A stretch of 64,000 nt of DNA from Camelus ferus (Eukaryota), in the NCBI RefSeq assembly GCF_009834535.1, contig NC_045697.1:8992001-9056000 (forward strand). The letters are read 5' to 3'. The translations under genes were made by a program, and so were the position numbers. Numbering within the stretch: position 1 is the first letter of the stretch; each line of letters begins with the position of its first letter. Below, piece by piece: positions 52,140 through 64,000 of the stretch. The notes under the pieces were generated by a model. That model worked only from the letters and a program-made list of their open reading frames with translations, was not told the origin of the DNA and did no database searches.

Positions 52140-52715
52140 TATTTCCTTTTTTTTTTTTTTTACTTAAAATATTTTTGTTGTTGTTGAAGTATAGTCGGTT
52201 TACAATGTTGTGTTAATTTCTAGTGTGTAGCATAGTGATTCAGTTATACATATATATATTCCTTTTCATATTGTTTTTCATTATAGACTATAATAAGGTA
52301 TTGAATATAGTTTCCTATGCTATACAGTAGGGCTTTGTTTCTTATCTATTTTATATATAATAGTTAGTAACATTGTAAAATGACTATAACTCAATAAAAA
52401 GAGTTTATATAAAAAAATAGTATCTACAAATTCTGAACTCTCAGTTTATCCCTTCACCACCCCCTTTCCCATCTTGTAACCACAAATTTGTTTTCCATGT
52501 CTGTGAGTTTATTTCTGTTTTGTGAATAAGTTCATTTGTGTCCTTTTTTAGATTCCACATATAAGTGATATCATATGGCAATTGACTTTTTCCGTCTGAT
52601 TTACTTCACTTAGTATGATCATCCCTAGGTCCATCCATGTTGCTGCAAATGACATTATTTTATTATTTTTTTATGGCTGAGTAGCATCTCATTGTGTATA
52701 TACCACATCTTCCTT
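52140..52715 (-). mobile_element. L1 3'UTR
   Basis: polyT then 'ttgaagtatagtcggtttacaatgttgtg..tagattccacatataagtgata..ccatgttgctgcaaatg'. Confidence 0.9.
52370..52417 (+). mobile_element. Nested 48-bp tip of the youngest L1 type, opposite orientation
   Basis: 'acattgtaaaatgactataactcaataaaaa' is the exact reverse complement of ~15621-15651; A tail; flanks tagta/tagta. Confidence 0.8.
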
Positions 52716-53787
52716 TAATACCGGCACCACCTCTCCCAGCATCTGTCAGTCAATGAGAAGTTTCTAGACACTTTGCATGTTAATTTATTTAATCTTTTCA
52801 ATGATACAGATGAAAACTAGTTTTTCTTAATATTTCAACACATAGAAGGAAAAGTGAATGTCTTGAGAAGTTAAGGAATTTGCTGAGGACACTCAGTAAA
52901 AGTGAAACTGAGACCTGTGTGATTGCAAAGTTTATTCTCCCTTTCCGTTACTGAGCGCTCTGAGAGCTGAGATATACTGAAGGCTGACAAGTGAAAAATG
53001 GACGGCCTGGATTAGTAAATCCAGGACAAGAGTCCAATCAACAGTCACACCTTTTCTCCAGGGCTGAAATGTTACCTTTCCTTCTTATCTTCTAGATGAG
53101 AGAGTTGGTGTGGAAAGAGGTGGGCTGGGCTTGGAGAGCGGCTTGACTGCAGGGGGTGGGGAGGCGGGATGGCGGCTTGCAGCCCTGGAACCAGAGCACT
53201 GGGACATTCATTTTCAGGCTCTGTTGGAGTTTGACCACTAGCCTTGCCAGGTCCTGGAGGTGTGTCAATGGACCATATACATGACCCTTTGCAAAACTAA
53301 GCCTATTATTTGGCTCTTCGTGGGGACTTTTTAAAAAGCTCTTGACAGACACGGCAGGAATGAAACAGTCAAGGTCTACATGCCAGGTGACTTAACAACG
53401 TGAAGTTGAAGTCTGAGAAACTCCAGTCAAAAAGCAGTGGGTTTGGCACCAAGGAGCTCTAAATACTAAAGGAAGGAGGCGCATGTTCAGTCCCTCACTC
53501 TGGCAGGGGGTGGGGTTCCTACCCACCAGCCCTGGATAGGAGACACCAGTGAAAATGCAGGGCTGGCCAGGCAGGGGAGTATCTCTTCCACAGGAGCCAG
53601 GGCCCACTTGGCTGAGAACTACTGGTTTCTGGGATGTCAGGAGGCCAGCCTCCCAAGGAAGGTGCTGGGACCGACAAGCACACAAGAGGCAGTGCATGCT
53701 GAAATCGAGGTGCTGAGCCATCAGACTGAAGTCAAATCTGGTCCAGAAATATGGGAAAATGCCCAGTCCGGAGAGAGGACCAGGCCT

Positions 53788-54011
53788 GCAGTTCTGAACC
53801 TGGGGTGGTTTTCTGTCTCCTAAGGGACTTTTGTACATGTTTGGAGATATTTTTGGTTGTTATGACAGGGAGGTGGGGTGGATGTGTTACTGGCACCTGC
53901 CTGGTAGATAGAAGCCAGGAGGCTGCTGAACATCCTACAATGTATAGGAACGTCCCTACGATAAAGAGCAACCTAGTTCCAAATGTCACTGACGCCGAGA
54001 TTAAGACCCTG
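53788..54011. mobile_element. MER20 hAT-Charlie MITE
   Basis: 'tttggagatatttttggttgttatgac..tactggcacct..gctgctgaacatcctacaatg..ccaaatgtcactgacgccgagattaagaccctg'. Confidence 0.88.
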
Positions 54012-54364
54012 GTCTAGGAGTACCAGGGACTAAGTTGGAAAGTCAAATTGGATTTGAAATCACCATGGAGAGGGGCAGGAAGGGTGGCTAGTGTCAGTGT
54101 GTGCAAAGGACAGTCCATCCTGAAACACAGCTACCCTGTACCCGGCTCTCTGCCACCCTGGCTTTTCTGCTGTAAATCACGCCTGCTCGTTTTGTGGGCT
54201 TGTGAGACTTGGGTTGCCATTAATTACAGAAAGAAACTGTTGAGAGCAGCAGTTGAGGAATGAGACTGTGATGGAGACAATTTATGGTGTAGTAATTCCT
54301 TAGCTTGGATTTTAGTCCTAAAGGGTTCAAGTCCCAGCTCTACCACTTTCTAGATGTGTCTTTA

Positions 54365-55383
54365 CTTTTCACCATTATTGAGATAGAAGTGATATATAAT
54401 ATTATGTAAGTTTAAGGTGCACAAGGTGTTGATTTGGTACATTTATATATTGCAAATGATCACCGCCATAGCATTAGCTAACACCTGCCTCCCGTCACGT
54501 AATTGCCCTGTCTTTTTTGTGGTAAGGACATTTAAGATCTACTCTTAGGAACTTTCAAGTATATCATACAGTATTATTAACTGTAATCACTATGTTGTAA
54601 ATTAGATCCCCAGAAATTATTCACCCTATAACTGGACTTTTGTACTCTGACCATCTGCCCCTATCCCCCATCCCCAGCCCCGGTAACCAACATTTTAGCC
54701 TCTGTTTCTATGAATTTAATATATTTTTTTAGATTCTGCATGTAAGTAGATATCATATAATAATTGGTCTTTCTCCGTCTGGCTTATTTCACTTAGCATA
54801 ATGCCTGCAAGTTTCGTTCATGTTGTCATAAATGGCAGGATGTCCTTCTCTCTCATGGCTGAGTAATATTCCTTCATATCTATCTATCTATCAACAATCT
54901 TCTTTATCCATTTATCAATTGACAGACACTTAGGCTGTTTCCATATCTTGGTTGTTGTGGATAAAGCCATAATGAACATGGGAGTGCAGAGATCCCTTCA
55001 GGATCCTGTTTTCATTTCCTTTGGATTTATACCCAAAAGTAGGATTGCTGGATCATATGGTAGTTCTATTTTTATTTTTTTGAGGAAACTCTATAGTGTT
55101 TTCCTTAGTGACTGAACCAATTTACATACCTATCAACAATGCATAAGCTTTCCCTTTTCTCCACATCCTTACCAACACTTGTTATCTTTTGGCCTTTGAT
55201 GACAGTCATTCTAACAGGTGTGAGGTGAAATCTTATTGTGGCTTTGATTTGCATTTCCGTGATGATTACTGATGTTGAGTATCTTTTCATGTACCTGTTG
55301 GCCATTTGTATGTCTTTTTGGAAAAATATCTATTCAGTTCCTCTGCTTATTTTTAAATCATATTATTATTTTTTTCTACTGAA
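54365..55383 (-). mobile_element. L1 3' end (L1MA9-like) inserted in a MIR
   Basis: Minus ORF 55105..55305 '[17 protein letters not shown]'; flanks tgtcttta on both sides; MIR halves at ~54280-54360 and ~55390-55540. Confidence 0.9.
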
Positions 55384-56117
55384 TGTCTTTAAGAACCATA
55401 AGTAACCTCTCTTTTCCTAACATAGTATCCTAGGAATCGTAATACATCATGAGTTTGATTTGAGAATTAAGTAAGATAGTAAGTGTAAAGAATCTAGGAA
55501 GGCTTATAATTAGTTTAAAATAATAACTGCTATGATAGTTGTGATTTCTGTGTAGGCAAAATGGGAACGTCTGGGGTAAGGGAGCAGGGAGGGTGCATTA
55601 GGCTCCCCAGCAGGAGGCCTTGGAGAACCGAAGAGTGGCAGGAGGTAGTGGGCTTGTGCAGAGGATGAGCCCCTCCCCCCACAATGATTTGTGATGCTCC
55701 ACCGTAAGAGGCAACCATCATCAAACAGTGATCCAAAACAAAGTTGAATTTATTTACTTGCTTGGCAAGGGAGAGACATATCACTCAGATGGAAGTTATA
55801 CAGATCTCCCCCCAGAACAGAAATGGAAAAGGATGGATAGATCACAGAAAGTGGAGAAAGTACGTTAAACAAGGCTCTCTGCTGAGTTCGGGTCTCTGGC
55901 TGGCTCAGAACTGTGAGCTCTTTGCTGTGGCCACTTGCATGTCTCACGGCGTCCCTGAGGCCAGGAAGCGTGGTGTCAAGCACATCCAGACCTGACCGCA
56001 CACAATTCCGGCTGCAAATTCAGCTGACACCTTCCTGTGCACGTGCTTGAAGCCTCAGAAGGTTGTGCTTGAACCATGTCCTCACTAGTATTATTGCATT
56101 AGCTTCCTGTTACCACT

Positions 56118-56485
56118 TGTGGAGGTTCTGTTTCCCTGGGAAGCAGATTCCAAATGGAGTCTTGTGTGTAGGATATTTATCCAGGTGTGTCCTTGGACTC
56201 CAGATTTGTAGAGGAGGCAGAATAAAGCAGGAGTGGGCAGAGGGAGATGAGTTGAGATGCTGGCCAGGAACAACTTTGGCCAGACCCAAGGGACCCCCTG
56301 GAGCCAGCTCGAGTGGCATTTCAGGATTGTTCCCTATTGGCTGATAGGACTTTATCTTCCTTTATTGACCGTTAGATATGGGCAATCTGTGGCCATCCCC
56401 CAAGGGGCTGGTAACTGAAGGCTGTCTACTCCCAGTGACTGGGCGTACACAGAAGGAGGATCTGGATGGCAAAGGACAGTGTTCA
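56118..56485. mobile_element. LTR33-like ERVL LTR
   Basis: 'ttccctgggaagcagattccaaatggag..gcaggagtgggcagagggaga'. Confidence 0.6.
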
Positions 56486-57529
56486 CCAACCCTTGGTCAC
56501 TATCCTAGCCTTGGTTTCACTTCATGCTTAAAACAACTCTGTGAGGTTGCTGTAGGGGTGAGAACCGGCTCGTAGAGGGTAAGAGGCTTACTGAAGGCTG
56601 CACACCTGCTAGCCGATCTTCTGGGCATGCAAACCCAGACTGCAGCTCTCCTGTCTCATTCAGTCCCTACCTTAGAAGGGGAGAGGGGTGGGGCAGACAC
56701 GATAGAAAACACAGGACCAAAGAACAGACTTCAGTTAGATCTGCACTCAGGTTGAGATGCCTTAGTTCAGTTACACCAGGCTTGCATGCTCAGTGGGGCA
56801 ATTTGCAAAAACTTATTCTTGCGGGTAGTGGTGGAGCAATCATACTCCTTTTATACATAATGCACAGATAGCACACAGCATATCTGTGTACGAACATTTA
56901 ATGGGAAGTGTGATTAGGGGAAAAATGTCTGAAATGGCTTCTGGATGGGGAGCAATAATGAGAAGAAGGTATGAGAGAATACAAAGAAAGGAAGAAAAGG
57001 AATCTCTAAGCCCCAAATTTTCTTCATGGCTTCCATGTTCCAAGAATTGAGCCTGTCCAAAGTCTTGGAGAGTAAGGGGCAGCAACTGATGGCCCTTAGT
57101 GCTACCAACGTGCACAGCACTTTTTGCTTTTGTATGATATTTTTGTTTTTGCTTAAACAATATTAAAATGAAATGGGAAACAGTCCCAGTTGGGTCACCG
57201 TTTGAAATTTTGGAGACTTCGTGTGTGTGCGAGCATGCATGTGTACACATAAACACAAAGGTGCACAAGCATACACACACACAAGATATCCAGCTTCTCT
57301 TGAATAATGGAATATTTGCCAGCCCTTGACTCCAGCTCCCCACATGGAAACAATGGTCTGGCAGGGACCACTTCCCACAGGGCGTCTACCTGTCAGCATA
57401 ACTCCATCACTCTCATTTGTGGCAAGTGTGCCTGCCTGGCTTCATGAGCTCACATTACCTGCCTGGTCTCTGTAAGCATTTGAGTTTGGAAGCTCTGTCT
57501 TGGATGTCAGAGCTGAAGGAGGAGCTGAA

Positions 57530-57665
57530 GAAGTTCTCAGTCCTGCCTTCACATCAGGGGAGTTTAAAAAATCCCTCCAGGGATTCTGGTTTAATTTTCT
57601 GGGCGTCAGGATGTTGCAAAAGCACCACGGGGGATTCTGATGTGTACCTTGGATTGAGAACACGG
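57530..57665. mobile_element. MER5A-like MITE fragment
   Basis: 'gattctggtttaatt..gggattctgatgtg..ttgagaacac'; a similar copy lies at ~60558-60720. Confidence 0.55.
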
Positions 57666-59266
57666 ATCTAGTGCAGCCTCTCATTTTTGCAGCTCAGAGA
57701 ACGGAGGCTCAGAGAGGGAAAGTGAGTTGTCCAAAGACATGTAATCGTTGTCTGAGAAGCTGGAATTAAAACCAGCTCTCTTAGCCTGGCCTGCAGTATT
57801 TCCCCCTACCTCACACTGTCTTCTTTAAGTTTCTTTAGGGAAGAGTGAATTAGCAGGTAATCTGGTCAAAATACCAGACTTGGATTTTATTTGAGTTTGT
57901 CCAATGATGAGTATATAGTGCTTCCAATTAATCTACTACCTAATAGTGCCTTCTCTTCCTTTGGTTTTACAACTGAGATCACATGGGGTCCTGGAAATAA
58001 ACGGTAGAAAGGAAGGGGACCTAACATGTACCCAGTAGCTTCTATAAGCCAGAATTGTCGAAGGTGCTCAGCTGTGCTCGTCTGACTTATTTGCACACTA
58101 ACCCTAGGAGTCTGGTGTCATTAGCTCCATTTCAAGATGATGAAACACACTCACGTGGGTTTGGTAGGTGCCCAGGATCCCACAGCAGCTAAGTGATTTG
58201 TGCTCAGTTCTTAACTTTCCAAAACTGATGTCCTGTCAGAGCGTACAAGAGTGTGATTTTCATAGAAGCAGAAATTTAAAAAAAAGTTTTCTCATTGATT
58301 TCTTTCCTATGTGCCTACAACACCGATGACAAATAGTGGGTGATCGATAAAAATTGGTTGGATCAGTGAGTTAATACCACTGAACTCTGTAGGCCTTAAG
58401 CTTTGAGGACTGGAGATTTTTGAGTTCAATAAAATATAAAACATCAAAGAAAAATCTGCTTCTTTTAAATGTGGGAATCCAGCAGCTTTCAAAACATCTG
58501 CAAGGGAGCGTAGGGTGTTTAAAACACCTCCTCTGAGCTGTCTGATGCCAAGTGTTGCAGCGTACCGACAGCTGTGTCCTAAGCAGTATCAGAATGAGGG
58601 TGTGTATGTGCTGCTGTTCCATTATTTAGGGTATTTTAAAAAAGCTGTAGTTAAGGAGAGAAAAAGCATGACTATCTCATGGGTAATTCCAGCACCTGGA
58701 CCCAACATGAAGGTGTGCTGTTGAGAAGAGCCGACTGTGGGAGGTTGGGAAGATCAGCCAGGCATGTTGCTTCTCATCTCCTTGGACTTGAGCTAATCTG
58801 CATGCTCAGTAACACCCTCCCATTCACGACTTTCCAAATCACAGCACCTTGCTTAGAAATATAGCCCTCTCCTCCATGCATCGCCACAACTTGGCCCATA
58901 GTTACCCCATAGATGCCTGTTGAGTGAAATGAGTGTGTTCTTGTAGAAATAGTATTTCTCTTAGCTGAGCCCTATGTCCCAGGTATTGCAATTTCTATGA
59001 CCTTCCCCCCAAGAAAAACCTCTGGTTTATTCTGGATTGAGGCAGGATGTAATTAATTTTTATTACTTTTATGGTTTCTAACATCCTAGTTACACTTAAC
59101 CTCACATTAGACTCAACAGTCGTCTGAGATATTATATTCATGTTGTAAGTGAATCAATCAATAAAGGCTCAGAGAGCTTGAGGAATCTTCCCTAGGCCAC
59201 CCAGCCAGGAAGGGGTAGCAGCAGGCTGTATGTCCTCTTCCTGGAGTACAAAGATGGGATTGGTTC

Positions 59267-59830
59267 TGTGCAGTAAAGGACTAACCTTGCCCGAGGAGAA
59301 GTCTGATCTTTGACCGATCCTGGGAAGTAAACTCTAAGACCCTGGAATGTCTTCTCTGTTTACTTGAGGTCTTGGGCCACACCTGGTAATCTATGCTAAC
59401 TGTGATGTATCATGGAGATCTTGCGCCGTGTGGTATCAGCTTGACCTCTTGGAGAGGCTGAAGACTAAGGTTAGCCATGTGGGCATCCAGCCATGTCTAT
59501 GGGACCAACTCCCAGTAAGAATCTTAGACACCAGTGCTCAGGAGAGCTACCCTAGCTGGCAGTACTCCAAGTGTGTTGCCACATACTGTTGCTGGGAGGG
59601 GCAGCTCCGTCCACGACTCCACTGGGAGAGGACAACTCGAGGCTTGTGCCTGGCACCCTCCTGGACCTGTCCCAGTGTGCTTCGTCCTGTTCCTGATTGT
59701 AATCTGTGTCCTTTTACTGTAATAAACCATAACCTGAGTATAACAGCTTTGTTGGGTTCTGTAAATCTTTTCAGTGAAATATAGAACCTGAGGGTGATCG
59801 TGGGACCTTCTGAACTCCCGAGTGCTCACA
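59267..59830 (+). mobile_element. MER21-like solo LTR
   Basis: 'agtaaaggactaaccttgccc..cttgggccacacc..tatgctaac..ctgtaataaaccataacctgagtataacagc..gaacctgagggtg'. Confidence 0.75.
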
Positions 59831-62154
59831 GTTTCCCTCTGCAACACCGGAGTGAGTGTCAACAAGGACTAAGGGTGTGTCTTTACGTGTGGAAGTTCTG
59901 AGTTTCACTCCCTGGCGTTGACTTTCATCTCCTCTGCCTTCTTGCTCTCGGCCCCTCACTGGGTAAGGCTGGGACTAGGGTGGGGAAAGTGAGGCACTCT
60001 AGTCCCAGACCTGTCTTTGTTTCAGATACCTTATCTGGAATATGGAATTAACTCTAATGTCTACCACCTGACGTTATGAGAATTAGAGTTATTTTTTCCC
60101 TTATGCTCAGCCCCTTCCAACACAGAATAAGAGATAGCTATTTATTTTAATGGTTCCTACCCACAGGTAGGAACTTACCTTCTTAGGAGAAGGTAAGTAA
60201 CTGACTAAGATACAGGAAAGATATGTATATTTTAGGTCAATCTAAGGTGTGTGGACTCTGATAGAAGTAGGGCAGTTTCACAAGACAGGGATGGAGCAGC
60301 CATCCCTCCTAAGGGAACTTAACTCTGTGTATAACTGACACACTTGGATTTCCTCCAGGAAATGAATTCCTTGACCACACATCAGCTGTCCACCTCCCCA
60401 CCCAGCCCCTGCCCCAGTGATATGATAGTACACAGCCTTACATGGGTCACCTGAAATCTGCAGATACTGAAGACAGGACAGCCTAGGATTCCCATGGCCT
60501 GGAGGGCAGCATAGTTCTTCCGGATGACATTTGGAACCCCTCTTGGTCAGAACCAGGGTAGTGGGTTTTAACCTTGGCTGCAAGCTAACTCCCCTGGGGG
60601 AGTTTCTACAAAGTCCTGATGCCAGGAATGGAGATTCTGATTTAGTATTCTTGGCTGCTGCTGGCACGGTAGCTCCCATAGGCTTCCAGGGCTTCCCGCT
60701 GCACCAGCATTTGAGGACCACATCTTGCGGCTTCAATACCTGCTATGCCAGCGCCCTCCCCCGGACACTGTACCTTTTCCTGTCTGCAGAGACTTTGCCT
60801 CTGTTGTCCCCGTTACTAGTTGTGTTCTTCCTTCTTTGTCTGCCTGGTGAGCACCAATTCGCACGTTATAACAGGACGCAAGCGTGATCTTTCTGAACAT
60901 TTCTAGTCAGCCTGATGCCAGGCAGAGGTGATTGCTGGCTCGTCTGTGCTCCTATAACAGTTTTTAGACATTACCTATCGTGATACCTACAGAGAATCGC
61001 AGGCGTTTTGTTCATTAGTTTGTTCATGTGAGAGTTGGGACCTTGTCTTCAATCATCTTTGTTTCCCAACACCTGGTAGAGTCAGTGCCTGGTGCAGGAG
61101 AAGCGCTTGGTGAATATTTAGTTGGGTTAAACTGAGGTACTCAAAACAGCTATAATGTCAGGGAGTCTGAAATGTCCATTCCCTAGGATGCTGGTGTCTT
61201 TGTTTTGCTGTTACAGTTGCTGCCTGGCATATCAGTGTGCCTCATTTGTGTAAACACTGTACTCCCCCTTGAATGTTGAAGTATTTTGCTAATTGCAGGG
61301 TTGCTCGTGGTCACAGTGTGCTGTTTCCTGATGTGCCAGTCACAATTTAAAACCAAGAGTGCAAGGGCTATAGTTAGTGGGCTGGAGCAAGTCTGAATTT
61401 ATGCCAATATGAAAATGGGTCTGGGGACTCCATTGTTATAAATGAAAACCCAGAAGGGATATTCTGTCTTGTAGTCCATTCTAAGGTCATACACCTTTTA
61501 ATTTTTAATTAAGGATGACATCCATCTTCTAATTGTAATGTCTCTTTTTTTCTGTTTGTAGCAAGTCTGTGACTATTTTCTATGGAGAAGGATGGGTGCT
61601 GAAGAACGGAGCAGGTCAGGAGGCAGGCAAGATCATACGTGGCAATCAGCAGGCATGCTCTCAGTGACCATGCTGCTGCTTAGAGCAGTGGCCTAAGTGA
61701 TTGCTTGTGAGTGGTGCCCATTCTGATTGCTCATTGTCTGGAACTTTCTATTTGTTAAATATTTTCACTCTTCTTTCTGTCCATAGGACTTTGGAGGATC
61801 CATTAGAGACTTGAGAAGACTAGGAGCAAAGTGGGGATCAGCAGAGAGTTCCTAAGCTCCTTCCCTCTAGGGATTCTGAGACAGGTTTAGTGGCAAATGT
61901 GGGTCAGGTAGAGTGTAGATCAGGGCAGGCCCATGGGTGGCCCATGACTTCCTGCAGGGCAGGAAGGTAAGAGATCATGATGCAAAGAATGGAGGTAGAG
62001 CCAATGTTGTCACAGCTGCAAGATGAGTGTAATCTGAGCGGGTCTATCAGTTACCGTTGTCTTTTCCTGCTATAATTCAGTCGAGCCAGATAAAAGCTCT
62101 TTCTCTCTTAGGTACCTGTCTAAGTATAAGCAGTCAACCATCTCAAGTTAAGCT

Positions 62155-62693
62155 GGACTTGATAAAGAAGTTGTGGTATATTTATACAATGGAATACTAT
62201 TTGGCCATAAAAAATAAGAAAATAATGGCATTTGCAGCAACGTGGATGGACCTGGAGATCGTCATTCTAAGTGAAGTAATCCAGAAAGAGAAAGAAAAAT
62301 ACATGATAAAATATGATATCACTTATATGTGGAATCTAAAAAAAAAGAAAGAAAAAAAGAATAGAGGACACTAATGAACCCATCTACAAAACAGAAGCAG
62401 ACTCACAGACATAGCTAAACAATTTTATGGTTACTGAGAGAAAGAGGGTGGGTAGGGATAAATTTGGGAGTCTGACATTTGCAAAGGTTAACCACTATAT
62501 ATAAAAATAGATAAGAAACAAATCTCTTCTGTATAGCACAGGGAACTATATTCAATATCTTGTAGTAAACTTCAATGAAAAAGAATATGAAAATGGATAT
62601 ATGTATATCTACACATGACTGGGACATTATGCTGTACACCAGAAATTGACACATTGTAACTGACTGTATTTCAATTAAAAAATTAAAAAAAAA
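62155..62693 (+). mobile_element. 5'-truncated L1 (camelid-type 3' end)
   Basis: IKKLWYIYTMEYY..FAATWMDLE peptide, 3'UTR, A tail; TSD tcaa(g/c)ttaagct at 62143-62154 / 62694-62705. Confidence 0.93.
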
Positions 62694-62705
62694 TCAACTT
62701 AAGCT

Positions 62706-62990
62706 AATGTGGACATTCTTATTACTCTACCATCCTCAACATGTAGCTTCCACCTTGTGGTATAAGATGGCTGCCACTGCTCCACTATCACATCTGCATT
62801 TCAGTCAATAGGAAGTAGAAAAGAGACAGGAAGACTGTGCTCCTTATGTATTAAGGGCCTGATCCAACAGTTACAACTCAGCGCTTGAACCTACACACTG
62901 TTGACTAGAATATTGTCACATGGGTATACCTAACTTTAAGAAAAATTGAGAAATAAACTCTTTAGCTAGATGGTCCTGTGCCCAGCTAAA
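62706..62990 (-). mobile_element. Old MLT1 (J/K/L-like) LTR fragment
   Basis: 'aagatggctgcc..gctcca..atcacatctgcatttcag..tgtcacatgg..cctaact'. Confidence 0.6.
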
Positions 62991-62993
62991 ATC

Positions 62994-62995
<2 letters not shown>

Positions 62996-63035
<40 letters not shown>

Positions 63036-63075
63036 GTTGTTATTATTGTTATTATTATTATCATTATTATTATTC
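62996..63075. repeat. (TTA)n microsatellite with TTG/TCA interruptions
   Basis: Direct reading. Confidence 0.97.
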
Positions 63076-64000
63076 CCCAGTATAAGTGGCTGGGGAAATA
63101 ACCAGCCACTTTTGTCTCATGGGAGACATTTTTCTGGCTACTGCCCAAACTCAGCAAAATACAGTAAAATTCCATAAGCACTGACTGGGAGGGTGAATTC
63201 AGTAGGTGACATATGTCAATGTGCCATTTCAGAACAAGGAAACAGTGCCTGAGGTTAAGATGTTAGCATCTGGAGTTTGCATAGAAAAATCTCAGCGTCT
63301 AAAAACATATTGTTTGATGCATGTGTCATACAACAATTAGTGGTAATTTAACTTTTTAATATATCTTAGTGAGAGTGTTTGCCCAATATTCCTAAGAGTA
63401 CTAGGAGTTCTGTGTGGTGGGGGGGAGGAGGGCAGCAGGAGGACAAGGATTGCAAATTTCCATAAAATTAATTACCTGGAAGAAGACATAAAAATTGCAT
63501 AAGTAAAGGTTCTTTCTGTATAATTAACTTTTTATTGTGAAATGACATCATGATTTTATGTATGTATATAAATTGTGTGTGTGTATGTGTATGTGTGTGT
63601 ACACATATACTTAACACGATCCTTAGTATAGTCATGTGATATAATTGGAGAAAGTATAATTTCCATTTTACAGAAATTTGGTGATTAGATCCTGGGCCTG
63701 AAGTTTGAGCCTGAGGCAATGATAAATAAAACTGCTTGGAGTGGGGAGATGCCTCAGGAGAGGATGAAGGTAATTTCCAGTGTGGGTGGAATGTAAACAT
63801 GTGCAGTTAGAGGCTGGACTGTGGTTTTCACAACAGGTCTGAAAATTCTTTGACATTTTTCTCATTGAGGGGTAGCTTCTGATTTCCCTTCTTGTTAGCT
63901 CAGAAGCACAATGATCTTCTTGACGTTTTCCAGTGGGGATCATGGAAGTCTGTCAACATCGGCATTTGAGCTTGCTACTTCTACCTTCATGGTAGAGATG

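Noticed and set aside
62966..63181. Poly-Ile ORF
   Set aside because: Translation of the (TTA)n microsatellite
1..64000. Inferring host-gene strand from L1 orientation; prokaryotic systems such as CRISPR arrays or operons
   Set aside because: L1s occur on both strands in similar numbers; the sequence is mammalian and has no repeat-spacer array or dense coding

Overview
Repeat-rich mammalian non-coding DNA (intron or intergenic), most likely from a camelid. The evidence for that is two Vic-1-type tRNA-derived SINEs, young cetartiodactyl-type L1 3' ends, and no Alu, B1, Bov-tA or PRE1 seen. I can support no host protein-coding exon or functional RNA gene; the track ORFs are chance ORFs or retroelement fragments. 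The window holds L1 copies of several ages, L2, MIR, MaLR/ERVL/ERV1 LTRs, hAT MITEs and microsatellites, many of them nested. Three signals stand out. (1) A decayed Gypsy/Ty3-type integrase fossil at ~41.5-41.95 kb whose reading frames are not in the ORF track. (2) A young L1 at 37.4-38.9 kb with a twin-priming 5' inversion and an apparent short 3' transduction. (3) An ERVL remnant with readable integrase and dUTPase. Several repeat-free islands look like candidate conserved enhancers. Family names were assigned by eye from recalled consensus motifs and need RepeatMasker/Dfam confirmation; many boundaries are approximate.
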